Positions 26,646 through 35,453 of a stretch of DNA of 64,000 nt are shown here, one piece after another. The translations under genes were made by a program, and so were the position numbers. Source of the stretch: a virus; the IMG/VR virus record IMGVR_UViG_3300044475_000063, positions 1 through 64,000 of that record; one strand, written 5' to 3'. Each line of letters starts with the position of its first letter. The first letter of the stretch is position 1. Under the pieces are notes generated by a model, which made no database searches, was not told the DNA's origin, and saw only the letters and a list, made by a program, of their open reading frames with translations.

Positions 26646-26872
26646 TTTGGTTCCTCTTTAATGGTGATTTCGCTTGCTGGTATGAGTTCGGGATTTCCAG
26701 CTAGATACACTGCTGTTGTCCATCCAGCGCCAACCGGACTAGGGTAGCGCTGGAACTCCTGAATGAATTCTTTCTTGCCGCGATAAATTACAGGCCAGCC
26801 CAATTCCTGCGCATTCATTAGCATGCGAGCGTGTTTGTACTCGGCTTCGGCTGGGCTGGTTTTATCGTTCAT
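26642..26872 (-). CDS. hypothetical protein (76 aa)
   Basis: ATGA-coupled. Confidence 0.55.
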   Translation of the reverse strand: MNDKTSPAEAEYKHARMLMNAQELGWPVIYRGKKEFIQEFQRYPSPVGAGWTTAVYLAGNPELIPASEITIKEEPK

Positions 26873-27045
26873 TGCTTAACGCAAACGAAACGATGTTCTT
26901 TCGTAGAGCCAGATACAAACTTTTCAGTCTTTTTCCCAGCGTCATTGCAAGTTGCTTCACTGGTAAATCCCGGAATACTTACAATTGCTACAGAATCGCC
27001 TTTTGCCAAAAGTCCAGCGTAAATATAAATCACTAAGATAAACAT
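26869..27045 (-). CDS. small secreted/membrane protein (58 aa)
   Basis: Below cutoff. MFILVIYIYAGLLAKG.. is a hydrophobic N-terminus. ATGA overlap with the next gene. Confidence 0.4.
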   Translation of the reverse strand: MFILVIYIYAGLLAKGDSVAIVSIPGFTSEATCNDAGKKTEKFVSGSTKEHRFVCVKQ

Positions 27046-27118
27046 CTTATTTACCCTTATTTATCCCGCAGCCCAACGCCGCGCCATGTAGAAAGCATAC
27101 CTATTGAATTATCAATCG

Positions 27119-27400
27119 TCAACCAATATCGCTAAACGAAACGCCCATGTGACTTCCTAGCCACAGCATAAACTCAATAAAGCAATCGGCGCGTGAAACG
27201 TCCATGCGCGATGTTTTTTCTGGTAGCGGGATATCTGAAACCGGCCTGCCGTCTGCCTCAGCAAGCGCCAGTTCAAAGTATGAGCATAAGACTATCTTCC
27301 ACTCGGCAGAGGTAAGATAAATTCCTTCGTGATTCCAGGAGCGCGCAAAATCGCCTATCAGACTGTGGATAGCGCGATTCTGAGCGTTCGAGCGAAGCAT
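27119..27400 (-). CDS. NinB/Orf-like recombination mediator
   Basis: QNRAIH..., EWK, and TSRMDVSRADCFIEFMLWLGSHMGVSFSD compared with lambda Orf TSRMRVGEFAELLELIQAFGTERGVKWSD. Confidence 0.55.
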   Translation of the reverse strand: MLRSNAQNRAIHSLIGDFARSWNHEGIYLTSAEWKIVLCSYFELALAEADGRPVSDIPLPEKTSRMDVSRADCFIEFMLWLGSHMGVSFSDIG

Positions 27401-28560
27401 TAGTATGCGATGCTCACGTTAGCCACTTTGCCTTGTGCAATCAGCGTTACGGCAAGCTTGGCTTGTTCTTCGGTCAAGCCGCCAGCAACAAGCGATTCCA
27501 GCGCCTCGCGGTTGATCTTGGCTTTGTGGGCCTTATTACGTTCTCGGGCGGCTGCTTCATCGGCTACGCGTTTAGCTTCCACTGCCACGCGGTCTTGTTC
27601 AGCTTTGATTGCGCGTTGTTTTTCTTCCTCTGCACGCTTCTCGGCGGCGATACGGCGCTGCTCTGCCTCAGCTGCTTCTGCAATGCGGCGACGTTCTGCG
27701 GCTTCTGCATCTGCCACACGGCGGCGCTCGGCTTCCTCGGCCTGCAAGCGCAGTTCCATTTCGCGGCGCTGCGCGGCTTCGGCGTCACGTTGGGCCTTTT
27801 CTTCAGCTTGCTTGATTGCCAGTGCTGCCGCCTCTTCCTTGCGCTTGGCTTCGGCTTGGGCTGCTTCCAATTCTTTGCGCGCCTTCTCGGCTTCGGCTGC
27901 TGCTTTTGCTTCCGCTTCGCGCTGGGCTTGCTCAGCCGCCGCCTTAGCGATTGCCGCCTCATGTTCAGCTTTGGCGCGGGCTTCTGCTTCGGCGCGCAAG
28001 CGGGCCAGTTCAGCGGCTTCCTCGTCGCGTTTGATCGCTGCTTGCAGAGTGTCATTCAGCTTCTGCAAAACTGCTTCCTTGGTAGTGGCAGCTTGCGCCA
28101 TCATTTCTTCCCAATCGGCAGTAATCGCAATTGCTTCAACACGCGCAATCTCAGTGCGAATATCTGCCGCATCGTTGAATGCGCCAAGGTTTTGCGAGAT
28201 TTCCTCGTAGCGTTTTTGCAGCGCTGCCACACGATCTTTCTCGCGCTGCTCGATTTCGTCAATCTTGGTCTGGTGAACCGTAATCATTGCCTCAATCCGC
28301 GCCTCAATCTCGGCGGCTTCCGAGTCAACGGCGCGGCCTAAGCGCAGGTATTCCGCCTTTGCTTCCTTGCGGACGCGCTCCAATGCGCCCTTGGTTTTGC
28401 GCAGGCTGAAAACGTGGCTGCGCGCCTCCTTGTTTCCTTTGGGAGATTCGTAGTTGAACACTAGCGCTGCATTGTCCGCTTCCAGCTTCGCCAGTTCAGA
28501 ATAAAATGGTTGATAAGCTGCTACTTGCGTAGTTTGTGCATCAAGGATTTCAGTGGTCAT
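27400..28560 (-). CDS. DUF1351-like protein with a ~200-aa E/R/K/A single-alpha-helix-type segment
   Basis: N-terminus typical of recT-linked DUF1351. The long AEAEAKAAAE/EERRR tract explains the many antisense ORFs. Confidence 0.65.
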   Translation of the reverse strand: MTTEILDAQTTQVAAYQPFYSELAKLEADNAALVFNYESPKGNKEARSHVFSLRKTKGALERVRKEAKAEYLRLGRAVDSEAAEIEARIEAMITVHQTKIDEIEQREKDRVAALQKRYEEISQNLGAFNDAADIRTEIARVEAIAITADWEEMMAQAATTKEAVLQKLNDTLQAAIKRDEEAAELARLRAEAEARAKAEHEAAIAKAAAEQAQREAEAKAAAEAEKARKELEAAQAEAKRKEEAAALAIKQAEEKAQRDAEAAQRREMELRLQAEEAERRRVADAEAAERRRIAEAAEAEQRRIAAEKRAEEEKQRAIKAEQDRVAVEAKRVADEAAARERNKAHKAKINREALESLVAGGLTEEQAKLAVTLIAQGKVANVSIAY

Positions 28561-28562
28561 TT

Positions 28563-29186
28563 TTATTTCCTCAAGATAGATTCATTACGGGAGACAACTT
28601 TTTCAAACTCAGCAAGTTCTAGCACCATGTTGTCAATGAACTTTTCATCGCGCATTACTCGCCTGATAAACAACTCTTTTCCTACACTGGCAAGCTGTGG
28701 GCAATACATAACAAAATCACACCACTTGCGGGCCATCATCCACATGCCTCCTTGCATCTGGTGCATGTACTCGGACATATCTTCTGTATCCCACATAGCA
28801 ATCAAGGTTTCCGCGCCCACAATGCACTTGATTTCAAGCATTCCGTCATTGTCTATAAGCCCATCCGTGCTATATCCGAATAGCCGATCATCTGTAAGAA
28901 CCACACCAGCTTCGGTAGCGAGGTTGCCAGTACGAACCTCATAGGCCATTCGCGCTTCTGGCTCCAATTCTTTGCCGCGCTTCATTTGCCATGAGTTAAA
29001 CATTTCATCGCATGGCTGCTTGCTAATACGCTCAACAGCTACTTGTGCAGCATATAGGCGACTTTTTGCTGTTGGTAAGCCCTTTGCTGTCGTCTCCGTT
29101 GCATCACGAAACTTGCTGGCTGTAATAACGCCGCAGCGCGCAAGATGCCATTCTTCTGAGCCTTGTTCGCATTCAATAAAAATCAT
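28563..29186 (-). CDS. YqaJ-type recombination exonuclease
   Basis: QGSEEWHLARCGVITASKF... and LEIKC (PD-(D/E)XK). ATGA-coupled to recT. Confidence 0.85.
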   Translation of the reverse strand: MIFIECEQGSEEWHLARCGVITASKFRDATETTAKGLPTAKSRLYAAQVAVERISKQPCDEMFNSWQMKRGKELEPEARMAYEVRTGNLATEAGVVLTDDRLFGYSTDGLIDNDGMLEIKCIVGAETLIAMWDTEDMSEYMHQMQGGMWMMARKWCDFVMYCPQLASVGKELFIRRVMRDEKFIDNMVLELAEFEKVVSRNESILRK

Positions 29187-30181
29187 TGCATTCCTCCGTG
29201 GCGCTGGGCGTCGAGTTCCTCATCAGTAAGCGGCGGAACATCGCTCGGCGGCATTTCGATAGTGCGCTCTTCGTCCTGCTGCTGTTGCGCGGCGTCCGCC
29301 AGCGCTTGGCGGTGCATGGCAATGGCTGCTTTTAGGCGCTTATGATCTTCTGGCTGTTGAGCGAGACGTGCATTGTTTGAGCGCCAGTAAGCCAGAGCCT
29401 CAGAGTCGGTGCGCGTCTGCTTTGCCTCGGCAATCATCACAGCAACATCAACATAGTTCTGATTGGTTTCACTCGTAGCCAGCCCTTCGGCATTGTCAAT
29501 GTTCAAGCGATCCATTGCATAATCCATGCGCTCGGTCTTAGGCCAGCCTTTATAGGCGCGTTTGATGACGGTCTTTTTAATCATTTCGCCTTCGTCGCTA
29601 TGCCAAGGCGTAGACTTGATTTTCTTGGCTATAAATGCCTTCCAGCCTTCCGAACGGTCACGCACGCGATGCACTTCCTCAAGCGACATTTCAGTAACCA
29701 GAAAATCGCCGCTATGAATCTTGGCAACCACATACACGCCGATAATGTCGCCGCGCTCGGCTTCCTTGGAAAATCGCTTAAATTCGTGCGTAGGCTGATC
29801 GCCCAGCTTGCCAGGAGTGTAGATGTCATGTTCGCGCACAATCTCAGCGTGCGCCCACAAAACGCTGCCAGAAGCTACAGCAATATCGCGCAGGCCCATG
29901 TAGCTGATATCAAGGCAAATCTTGCCATCACGTGGCACCAGATAGGCTTGTTTGCGCGCCGGATTCAAGCTTATGCCAATCGCCGCAATGTTGGTCACGG
30001 CGTTGATAACGCTCTGCTTGTTCTTCATCGCGCACGAAAGCGCATACTCGTTGTTTTGCAGAACTTGAATCGCAAATCCAGATTCACGCTCAAAGTTTAT
30101 GTTCTGATCGACAGACACCCGCGCAAAGTCGTCGCGTGCGTTGGCAATCTCGCCTGTGATAATGGCAAGTGCGTTAGACAT
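29183..30181 (-). CDS. recT: RecT single-strand annealing protein
   Basis: 332 aa with GISLNPARKQAYLVP and downstream RecT-family blocks. Confidence 0.85.
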   Translation of the reverse strand: MSNALAIITGEIANARDDFARVSVDQNINFERESGFAIQVLQNNEYALSCAMKNKQSVINAVTNIAAIGISLNPARKQAYLVPRDGKICLDISYMGLRDIAVASGSVLWAHAEIVREHDIYTPGKLGDQPTHEFKRFSKEAERGDIIGVYVVAKIHSGDFLVTEMSLEEVHRVRDRSEGWKAFIAKKIKSTPWHSDEGEMIKKTVIKRAYKGWPKTERMDYAMDRLNIDNAEGLATSETNQNYVDVAVMIAEAKQTRTDSEALAYWRSNNARLAQQPEDHKRLKAAIAMHRQALADAAQQQQDEERTIEMPPSDVPPLTDEELDAQRHGGMQ

Positions 30182-30441
30182 GGTTTCTCCGTGATGGGTA
30201 GTGTAAGGAGGGGATTTTCACCCCATGCGTTTTTAAGCTTCGTAGCTGTATGCGCTCTTGTGAGTTACGCATCTTCGATTCTGACCATATCGACCATGGG
30301 CATGTGCGCGTTCATGCTAGCGTGAAAAGGAAAATTTTGCACATTAGCCGCAGCCGTTAGCTACGAAGTGTTTTTCCTATGTTATCAGTGGCCCCTTACG
30401 AGGGCTAGGCGATACTAGGAATTACACCCTTGTCCTAGTAG

Positions 30442-30621
30442 CTACTTGAAAGCCTTGTCTGCTGCATCAACGATCATCCATGCAACGAAAGGCAGAAGAA
30501 TCAAGCATGTAACGATGATAGCAACTTTATCGGCAAAGGCGTTATCCTTTTTGTGTCGCTGCTGCATTTCTTTCCACGTTTCGTTGTTTTTTGGAAAATT
30601 GTCGAATGGATCGTTAAGCAT
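30442..30621 (-). CDS. small tail-anchored membrane protein (59 aa)
   Basis: ATG at 30621 after AGGGGA. C-terminal TM segment. Confidence 0.4.
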   Translation of the reverse strand: MLNDPFDNFPKNNETWKEMQQRHKKDNAFADKVAIIVTCLILLPFVAWMIVDAADKAFK

Positions 30622-30622
30622 T

Positions 30623-30925
30623 TCATTCCCCTTTAGTATGGATAAACATCTCGTCGCGCTCGCGCTGCTCTGCCCGCATCTGCTTTTCAAGTGCGCGGCG
30701 GTCGCAAAGGTGCGTTACTTCGTAGCAGGAGCCGTAGCTCAGTTTGATGCCGCCGCCTTCCGTGGCAAATTCCACGCCGTCATCTGCATAAACGCGAACA
30801 ATAGTGCCGTCTTCGATGATACAGGTGAGCGTCACTGCTTGCACTTGTTTCACTAGCATAGGCAAATCACCTCCTACGCTGATATCCGTCTCAAGGTCAC
30901 TTACTACTAATCCGATTGCTGGCAT
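30623..30925 (-). CDS. hypothetical protein (100 aa), first leftward early gene
   Basis: ATG at 30925 after GGAGGA. The 190-aa ORF-track version is over-extended. Confidence 0.5.
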   Translation of the reverse strand: MPAIGLVVSDLETDISVGGDLPMLVKQVQAVTLTCIIEDGTIVRVYADDGVEFATEGGGIKLSYGSCYEVTHLCDRRALEKQMRAEQRERDEMFIHTKGE

Positions 30926-30949
30926 ATTTCCTCCGTGTCGATGGGATGA

Positions 30950-30955
30950 ATTATA
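30950..30955 (-). promoter_or_regulatory. -10 hexamer TATAAT of leftward early promoter (candidate)
   Basis: Perfect TATAAT 25 nt upstream of the 30925 start. The -35 is weak. Confidence 0.4.
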
Positions 30956-31058
30956 CGCAGTCAATTTATCTGTGTCTGTAGTTTTCTCGCAACAATCTAA
31001 ATTTGACACGAAACAACAGAAGTGACACACTACAACCTTATCGTAAAAGGAGAAGTAA

Positions 31059-31304
31059 GTGGAAAAACCCCAAAAGAAGTACCCCAATGATGCCTCTGGC
31101 AATCTGTTTGAGGCCATTAAGCGCGACTTCAATCTAAAGACAGATATGGAGCTAGGCGCGTTTCTCGGCATGTGGCGTGACACTATCTGCCGCATCCGTT
31201 ACAACAAGCGGCAGGTACTTGGGAGCCACAAGTACAAGATTGCTGATGTTACTGGCTACTCGGTCTATAAGATCGACCAGCTTATCGCTAAGGATGAAGA
31301 ATGA
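31059..31304 (+). CDS. Cro-like HTH regulator
   Basis: 81 aa, GTG start after AAAGGAG. HTH-like segment KTDMELGAFLGMWRDTICRIRYNKRQV. First rightward gene. Confidence 0.5.
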   Translation: MEKPQKKYPNDASGNLFEAIKRDFNLKTDMELGAFLGMWRDTICRIRYNKRQVLGSHKYKIADVTGYSVYKIDQLIAKDEE

Positions 31305-31474
31305 ACAACCACAAACTGGCCCGAGTAGCAGAAATCCAATATGGCCTTCTGATGAGCAAGATTCAGCAGCTTATCGCAAGCGGCAAGAAACCCGGCTTCA
31401 ACTACAGCCCACAAGATCACTACAAGAGCATCAGCTATAACGTTCAATTGCGCTTTAAGCAGGTGAAGCCATGA
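31301..31474 (+). CDS. hypothetical protein (57 aa)
   Basis: Below cutoff; ATGA overlaps at both ends. Confidence 0.4.
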   Translation: MNNHKLARVAEIQYGLLMSKIQQLIASGKKPGFNYSPQDHYKSISYNVQLRFKQVKP

Positions 31475-31767
31475 GCGGCCAGCATAAAGCAACATTGTCA
31501 CATTTTGCGACAGTTCACGAATACAAAGCATATTGCAAAGGATATGAAGAATCCGAAAAAGAACTCGCCGCCGCCCGCGCTCGTATCGCTGAACTTGAAT
31601 TCAACATCGCGCAATACGATACGCAACTCGGCAAGCGCCCATGCAAAAACAGTCGATGCAATGAGTTGAACGCCGCCCGCGCTCTGCTGCAAGAGGTTTC
31701 TACAGCCACTATTGGCGAGCTTCAATCGACAATCCCGCGTATCCGCAGCTTCTTGGAGGGGAAATGA
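31471..31767 (+). CDS. hypothetical protein (98 aa)
   Basis: Coupled ORF. Confidence 0.55.
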   Translation: MSGQHKATLSHFATVHEYKAYCKGYEESEKELAAARARIAELEFNIAQYDTQLGKRPCKNSRCNELNAARALLQEVSTATIGELQSTIPRIRSFLEGK

Positions 31768-32012
31768 GCCAAACAATATTTAAAGAAGGCGACAAAATAC
31801 GCATGATTCCTGAACGTCTTGGCGGATATTTGGTCGCATATCAAAATCAAATAAAAGACCGCGTTGCAATTGTTACGCATGTTTGGTTTTACGGCGATGA
31901 TCTAGAGAAAAAAAGACCCAAATTCAAAATTGTTTGGCAAAAGCGTAATGGCCGTGGAAAAGAAATTACGGACACATTGCATTCAATCAGAGATTTTGAG
32001 ATAGCACCATGA
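31764..32012 (+). CDS. hypothetical protein (82 aa)
   Basis: Coupled ORF. Confidence 0.55.
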   Translation: MSQTIFKEGDKIRMIPERLGGYLVAYQNQIKDRVAIVTHVWFYGDDLEKKRPKFKIVWQKRNGRGKEITDTLHSIRDFEIAP

Positions 32013-32116
32013 CCGAAATCCCCCACGTAATGCCAATCAAAGACTATGAGCGCATCAAGGCGCAGGAGGAAAAGAAATGCCAGCTTTACAAGCAAGCAAT
32101 TTCAAATGCTTCATGA
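32009..32116 (+). CDS. hypothetical peptide (35 aa)
   Basis: ATGA overlaps at both ends. Confidence 0.3.
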   Translation: MTEIPHVMPIKDYERIKAQEEKKCQLYKQAISNAS

Positions 32117-32382
32117 TTATGCCCGATGGAAAAGAAGTTGAATTGAAAGCATATTGCGAGCCTTTAAACCCGCGCCGCTTTCCATCAAGAATTATGAAAA
32201 TGTCACATCGACGGAAAAAGAAAGCAGCTTCGGCATGGCTTAAAAATCTTCTTATTGCGCAGATTCATGCCAAATGTCATTTAACCGACAAAGGCTACCA
32301 AGCTTCTGATGTCGAAAAAGTGATGATTGAAACGCTGGATAGTTTTGAAGACAAACCGAAATATAAATTGGAAATACTATGA
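32113..32382 (+). CDS. hypothetical protein (89 aa)
   Basis: ATG at 32113 (MIMPDGKEV..). Confidence 0.5.
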   Translation: MIMPDGKEVELKAYCEPLNPRRFPSRIMKMSHRRKKKAASAWLKNLLIAQIHAKCHLTDKGYQASDVEKVMIETLDSFEDKPKYKLEIL

Positions 32383-32651
32383 CCATCAACCTAACCCAAA
32401 TCCGCAGCGACTTCGATAACGGCATCATCGTAAGCAAGCAGACTTTGCTTGCTCTGGTGGATTATGCAAAAAGCCTTGAGAAAGATGCGGAGCGCTATCG
32501 TTGGCTGCGCGATCCACAAACTGACGTTGCCTTAGTCATTGACAAGTTGTCGCATGAAAAGGATGCATACGGCGGCGATATCTATGAATACCGCGCTAGT
32601 GATGAATTGGATTCTGAGATTGATAAGGCAAGGGCTAGCCATGCGCTTTGA
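32379..32651 (+). CDS. hypothetical protein with ERYRWLRD motif
   Basis: 90 aa. The motif is shared with 21232..21672. Confidence 0.55.
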   Translation: MTINLTQIRSDFDNGIIVSKQTLLALVDYAKSLEKDAERYRWLRDPQTDVALVIDKLSHEKDAYGGDIYEYRASDELDSEIDKARASHAL

Positions 32652-32826
32652 ATCCGATAAATCCGGCCTGTACCGCTTCAATACCCAGCAGATGAAGCCG
32701 GGGCCGAATGCTACGTTTTTCTGCTGCCGCTGCGCTAAACCAAAACAGATCGTAGGACGCAAAAAAGTAGGCCAGAACGGGCGGCAAAAACTTTACGCTT
32801 GTGTGGCTTGCCAGGAGGACAAATGA
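32641..32826 (+). CDS. small zinc-ribbon protein (61 aa)
   Basis: ATG at 32641. CCRC...CVAC motifs. Confidence 0.45.
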   Translation: MRFESDKSGLYRFNTQQMKPGPNATFFCCRCAKPKQIVGRKKVGQNGRQKLYACVACQEDK

Positions 32827-33278
32827 GCCTAAAACGCTCAGAGATTAAGCGCAAAGTCTCCTTGCGGCCCTCTTCTATAACTAAGACGCCAAAGCCGCCG
32901 AAGATCAAAAGTGCCAAATCTGGCACCTCTAAGGCAGCGCCAGCGCCACGCGCAAAGCTTAAAACAAAGCAACGCGCAGTAACAGATAAGGAAAAAGCGC
33001 TATGGGATGATCTTGCGCAGATTGGCTGCATTGCTTGCTTTAAAGAAGGAATTTACGAGCCTGATGTTTCGATCCATCACATTGATGGTCGAACAAAGCC
33101 TGATTGCCATAAGCTGGTTTTACCGCTGTGCGCAAGTCATCACCAAGACGGCACAGGCAAGAATCCTTATTACATTGCCGTGCATCCTTGGAAGGCTCGT
33201 TTTGAAGCAAGGTTTGGTGCGCAGTTGGAGCTTAGAGCTTTGTGCTTTGAATTGATTCGATATAAGGAGGCGGCATGA
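32823..33278 (+). CDS. HNH-type nuclease (Ref / RecA-dependent nuclease-like)
   Basis: GCIAC...SIHHIDGR...LPLCASHHQ motifs. ATG at 32823 in an ATGA overlap. Confidence 0.6.
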   Translation: MSLKRSEIKRKVSLRPSSITKTPKPPKIKSAKSGTSKAAPAPRAKLKTKQRAVTDKEKALWDDLAQIGCIACFKEGIYEPDVSIHHIDGRTKPDCHKLVLPLCASHHQDGTGKNPYYIAVHPWKARFEARFGAQLELRALCFELIRYKEAA

Positions 33279-33595
33279 GGGCGGCGAGGGTTGATGCAAA
33301 CCAAGGGAAAATCGTTGCTGTGCTGCGCAATGCTGGTGTGACTGTGCAGCCTTTGCATACGGTAGGCGGAGGCGTCCCAGACCTCCTATGCGCTTTTCTT
33401 GGCCTAAACTTCCTTGTTGAGGTGAAGGACGGGGCGAAGATTCCAAGCGAACAAAAGCTGACGCCGGATCAAGTAGAGTGGCATCAAAAATGGGGCGCTC
33501 CTGTTCATATTGTTAATTCAGAACAGGCAGCGCTTGAGGTAGTCGAATACTATCAGCGCCGAGTGCGCGAAATGAAAAGGGAAATCCATGACTGA
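33275..33595 (+). CDS. PD-(D/E)XK nuclease (VRR-NUC / resolvase-like)
   Basis: VDANQGKIVAVLRNAG...GVPDLL...FLVEVKDG...Q..W pattern. Confidence 0.65.
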   Translation: MRAARVDANQGKIVAVLRNAGVTVQPLHTVGGGVPDLLCAFLGLNFLVEVKDGAKIPSEQKLTPDQVEWHQKWGAPVHIVNSEQAALEVVEYYQRRVREMKREIHD

Positions 33596-33800
33596 CAATA
33601 TAAATCACCCGAAGCACTATACCAGCCATCCTAGCGGCATCGAGTGCATCCAGATCACAGAGCATATGTCGTTCAACCTTGGAAACGCGATCAAGTACCT
33701 ATGGCGCGCTGACGAGAAGGGAGCGCCGCTAGATGACTTAAAAAAAGCAGCTTGGTACATTCAGCGCGAGATTGCAAAGCGTGAGCGCGAGGCAAAATGA
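33588..33800 (+). CDS. DUF3310-family protein
   Basis: NHPKHY...GNAIKYLWRA..KG...DL.KA.WYI motif. Confidence 0.7.
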   Translation: MTDNINHPKHYTSHPSGIECIQITEHMSFNLGNAIKYLWRADEKGAPLDDLKKAAWYIQREIAKREREAK

Positions 33801-34099
33801 AAGTCACATACGGCGCACTCGCTGACTTAGTAGGCCAAGCAGAGCCTCTAGACCCAAGCAAGATGCAGTATCGGTCTGTCCCTGCTGTAGTGTGGGTATC
33901 GCGCAAGGATGCCTTAAAGTCTGAGCGAGCATGCAACCAGTGTGTGTTTAAGGGCCAGAAATCTAAAGTCTGTGTCCAAGCTGGGCAACTTGCGCGCCTT
34001 GCTGGTCACAACGACTGCGAGGATAGGGACGTTGAGACAGACAAGACTTTCATCTATGAGCTAGTCCCTACAGACCCACGCCAACTAACCATAGCCTAA
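33797..34099 (+). CDS. hypothetical protein (100 aa)
   Basis: Coupled ORF followed by a terminator. Confidence 0.55.
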   Translation: MKVTYGALADLVGQAEPLDPSKMQYRSVPAVVWVSRKDALKSERACNQCVFKGQKSKVCVQAGQLARLAGHNDCEDRDVETDKTFIYELVPTDPRQLTIA

Positions 34100-34103
34100 C
34101 CCT

Positions 34104-34126
34104 AAGCCGCCTAGTGCGGCTTTTTT
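34104..34126 (+). terminator. intrinsic terminator
   Basis: AAGCCGC-ctagt-GCGGCTT followed by a T run. Confidence 0.75.
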
Positions 34127-34146
34127 GCAACCTCTTCATTTAGTTG

Positions 34147-34175
34147 TTGACGCGTGATAATCTTAGGGCTATGAT
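34147..34175 (+). promoter_or_regulatory. sigma70-type promoter TTGACG-N17-TATGAT (twin of 24475..24503)
   Basis: TTGACGcgtGATAATCttagggcTATGAT. Confidence 0.6.
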
Positions 34176-34212
34176 TCATACATCAGCAGCAAACAACCAA
34201 ACGGAGAAAATC

Positions 34213-34407
34213 ATGAATGCAGACCAAGCAAAAATTATCGGCAAACTCGTAACTGAATCGACCTTGGATTTTCTGGCATCGAAGCACAACACTACCGCCG
34301 TAGTAATTGCCGATCTGGTGCGCGCTGGTCATGAAAACATCAGCAAACAGTTTTATAAACTGATGCAACTAGGTTTGCAACAGGCTATTGTTGAATACAC
34401 TATCTAA
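34213..34407 (+). CDS. hypothetical protein (64 aa)
   Basis: ATG at 34213 after GGAG. The upstream part of the track ORF overlaps the promoter. Confidence 0.5.
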   Translation: MNADQAKIIGKLVTESTLDFLASKHNTTAVVIADLVRAGHENISKQFYKLMQLGLQQAIVEYTI

Positions 34408-34447
34408 CCCACCCAGCGCCTTCGGGCGCTACCTGAAAGGATGAATC

Positions 34448-34657
34448 ATGTTTGATGATTACGAAGACGAGCCAGAAGCAAAGCGTATTTTTGATATGGC
34501 CGATCAGTTGGATGATCGATTGGATGATTATGCGCTTGAGCGCTGCAAATCGTCGGAGCACGTTATACGCGGTGGCAATCATGGGCGCGTGTACACCTTT
34601 CACGATGGGAGCAAACTGACCACGGCTGAAACTGGCTATGTTGGTTGCGAATACTGA
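34448..34657 (+). CDS. hypothetical acidic protein (69 aa)
   Basis: RBS AAAGGA. Confidence 0.5.
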   Translation: MFDDYEDEPEAKRIFDMADQLDDRLDDYALERCKSSEHVIRGGNHGRVYTFHDGSKLTTAETGYVGCEY

Positions 34658-34731
34658 TTGACCGGCCCGCTAGACGGGCCTAAGCCACTAGAACCTAGCG
34701 CAATGGTGCGCTGGTATATTAAGGAGGAAGT

Positions 34732-34920
34732 ATGGATTGGCAGCCTATTGAAGTTTATGACGCGCTCAAAGTTAAGCCAAAAATGGCGGTGTTTCGATTT
34801 GAACCAGTTCCAAGCAAAAATGGTCGGGGCTTGTCTTTGCCGGAGCATTTTGAAATGAAAAGGACTTTCGGCTCTCGTGTCTGCACCCATTTCGTTGAGC
34901 TTCCACAGATTCAAAAATAG
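34732..34920 (+). CDS. hypothetical protein (62 aa)
   Basis: RBS AGGAGG. Confidence 0.5.
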   Translation: MDWQPIEVYDALKVKPKMAVFRFEPVPSKNGRGLSLPEHFEMKRTFGSRVCTHFVELPQIQK

Positions 34921-34971
34921 CACCTAGCAACCAGCAGTAGAATAAACCAAGTTCACTAAGCGGAGGCTGTC

Positions 34972-35160
34972 ATGATTAGTATCGGTCAGATGGTGCGTGT
35001 TCTGAATTCGGATAATGTGTGTCGTCTTGAATCATGGGAGCGCGATGCTATCCATATGATTCATTCTAAGTCTGTAAATGGGCTGCGGCAGAATCTGCTA
35101 GACCTCCGCGAGTGCCAACTTATCATCACTATTTTTAACAGGGTATATCAAAATGCGTAA
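34972..35160 (+). CDS. hypothetical protein (62 aa)
   Basis: RBS GGAGG. Confidence 0.5.
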   Translation: MISIGQMVRVLNSDNVCRLESWERDAIHMIHSKSVNGLRQNLLDLRECQLIITIFNRVYQNA

Positions 35161-35251
35161 ATTGAATTGGGGATTAATCATCGCGCTTCTCACTTGCGTG
35201 ATTATCTGGACTGCTTTTGGCGTGCGTATGTACAGGTACTATCATGGCTAA
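35153..35251 (+). CDS. small membrane peptide (32 aa)
   Basis: MRKLNWGLIIALLTCVIIWTAFGVRMYRYYHG. Overlaps both neighbouring genes. Confidence 0.3.
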   Translation: MRKLNWGLIIALLTCVIIWTAFGVRMYRYYHG

Positions 35252-35453
35252 GATCGGACGACCATCGCACCTTGAAGCAGTAGCTTCTGCGCTTCCTGGC
35301 ACTCGCAACCAGATCGCCAAGCGAGTAGGAATCAGCGCAGCTTGTGTAGGCCGCTTGCTGCGCGTTCTGGAAGCGAATCGGGCGGTTTATGTGGTTACGC
35401 ATGCCGTTCCGAAATGCGGTCCTAAAATGCCTGTATTCGCTTTGAGGCGCTAA
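35244..35453 (+). CDS. winged-HTH protein (69 aa)
   Basis: ATG at 35244. NQIAKRVGISAACVGRLLRVLE. Confidence 0.5.
   Translation: MAKIGRPSHLEAVASALPGTRNQIAKRVGISAACVGRLLRVLEANRAVYVVTHAVPKCGPKMPVFALRR

Noticed and set aside
27410-28341. Several 160-300-aa ORFs on both strands (27410..28210, 27433..28341, 27564..28055, 27609..27815).
   Set aside because: All lie inside the GCN/GAR-repeat DNA encoding the E/R/K/A helix of 27400..28560. Their translations are Ala/Ser/Cys/Leu low-complexity mirror products. Only the 386-aa frame has a conserved N-domain and operon coupling.
29600-30325. 241-aa plus-strand ORF opposite recT.
   Set aside because: recT has clear family motifs and coupling to the exonuclease gene. 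The antisense product shows no recognisable features.
30182-30441. 260-bp gap upstream of recT with a 10-bp inverted repeat (CTTCGTAGCT 30238-47 / AGCTACGAAG 30359-68) and small hairpins. Possible regulatory RNA or internal promoter.
   Set aside because: I could not find a convincing promoter or terminator, or a stable extended fold, by eye. It is recorded as unexplained rather than claimed.
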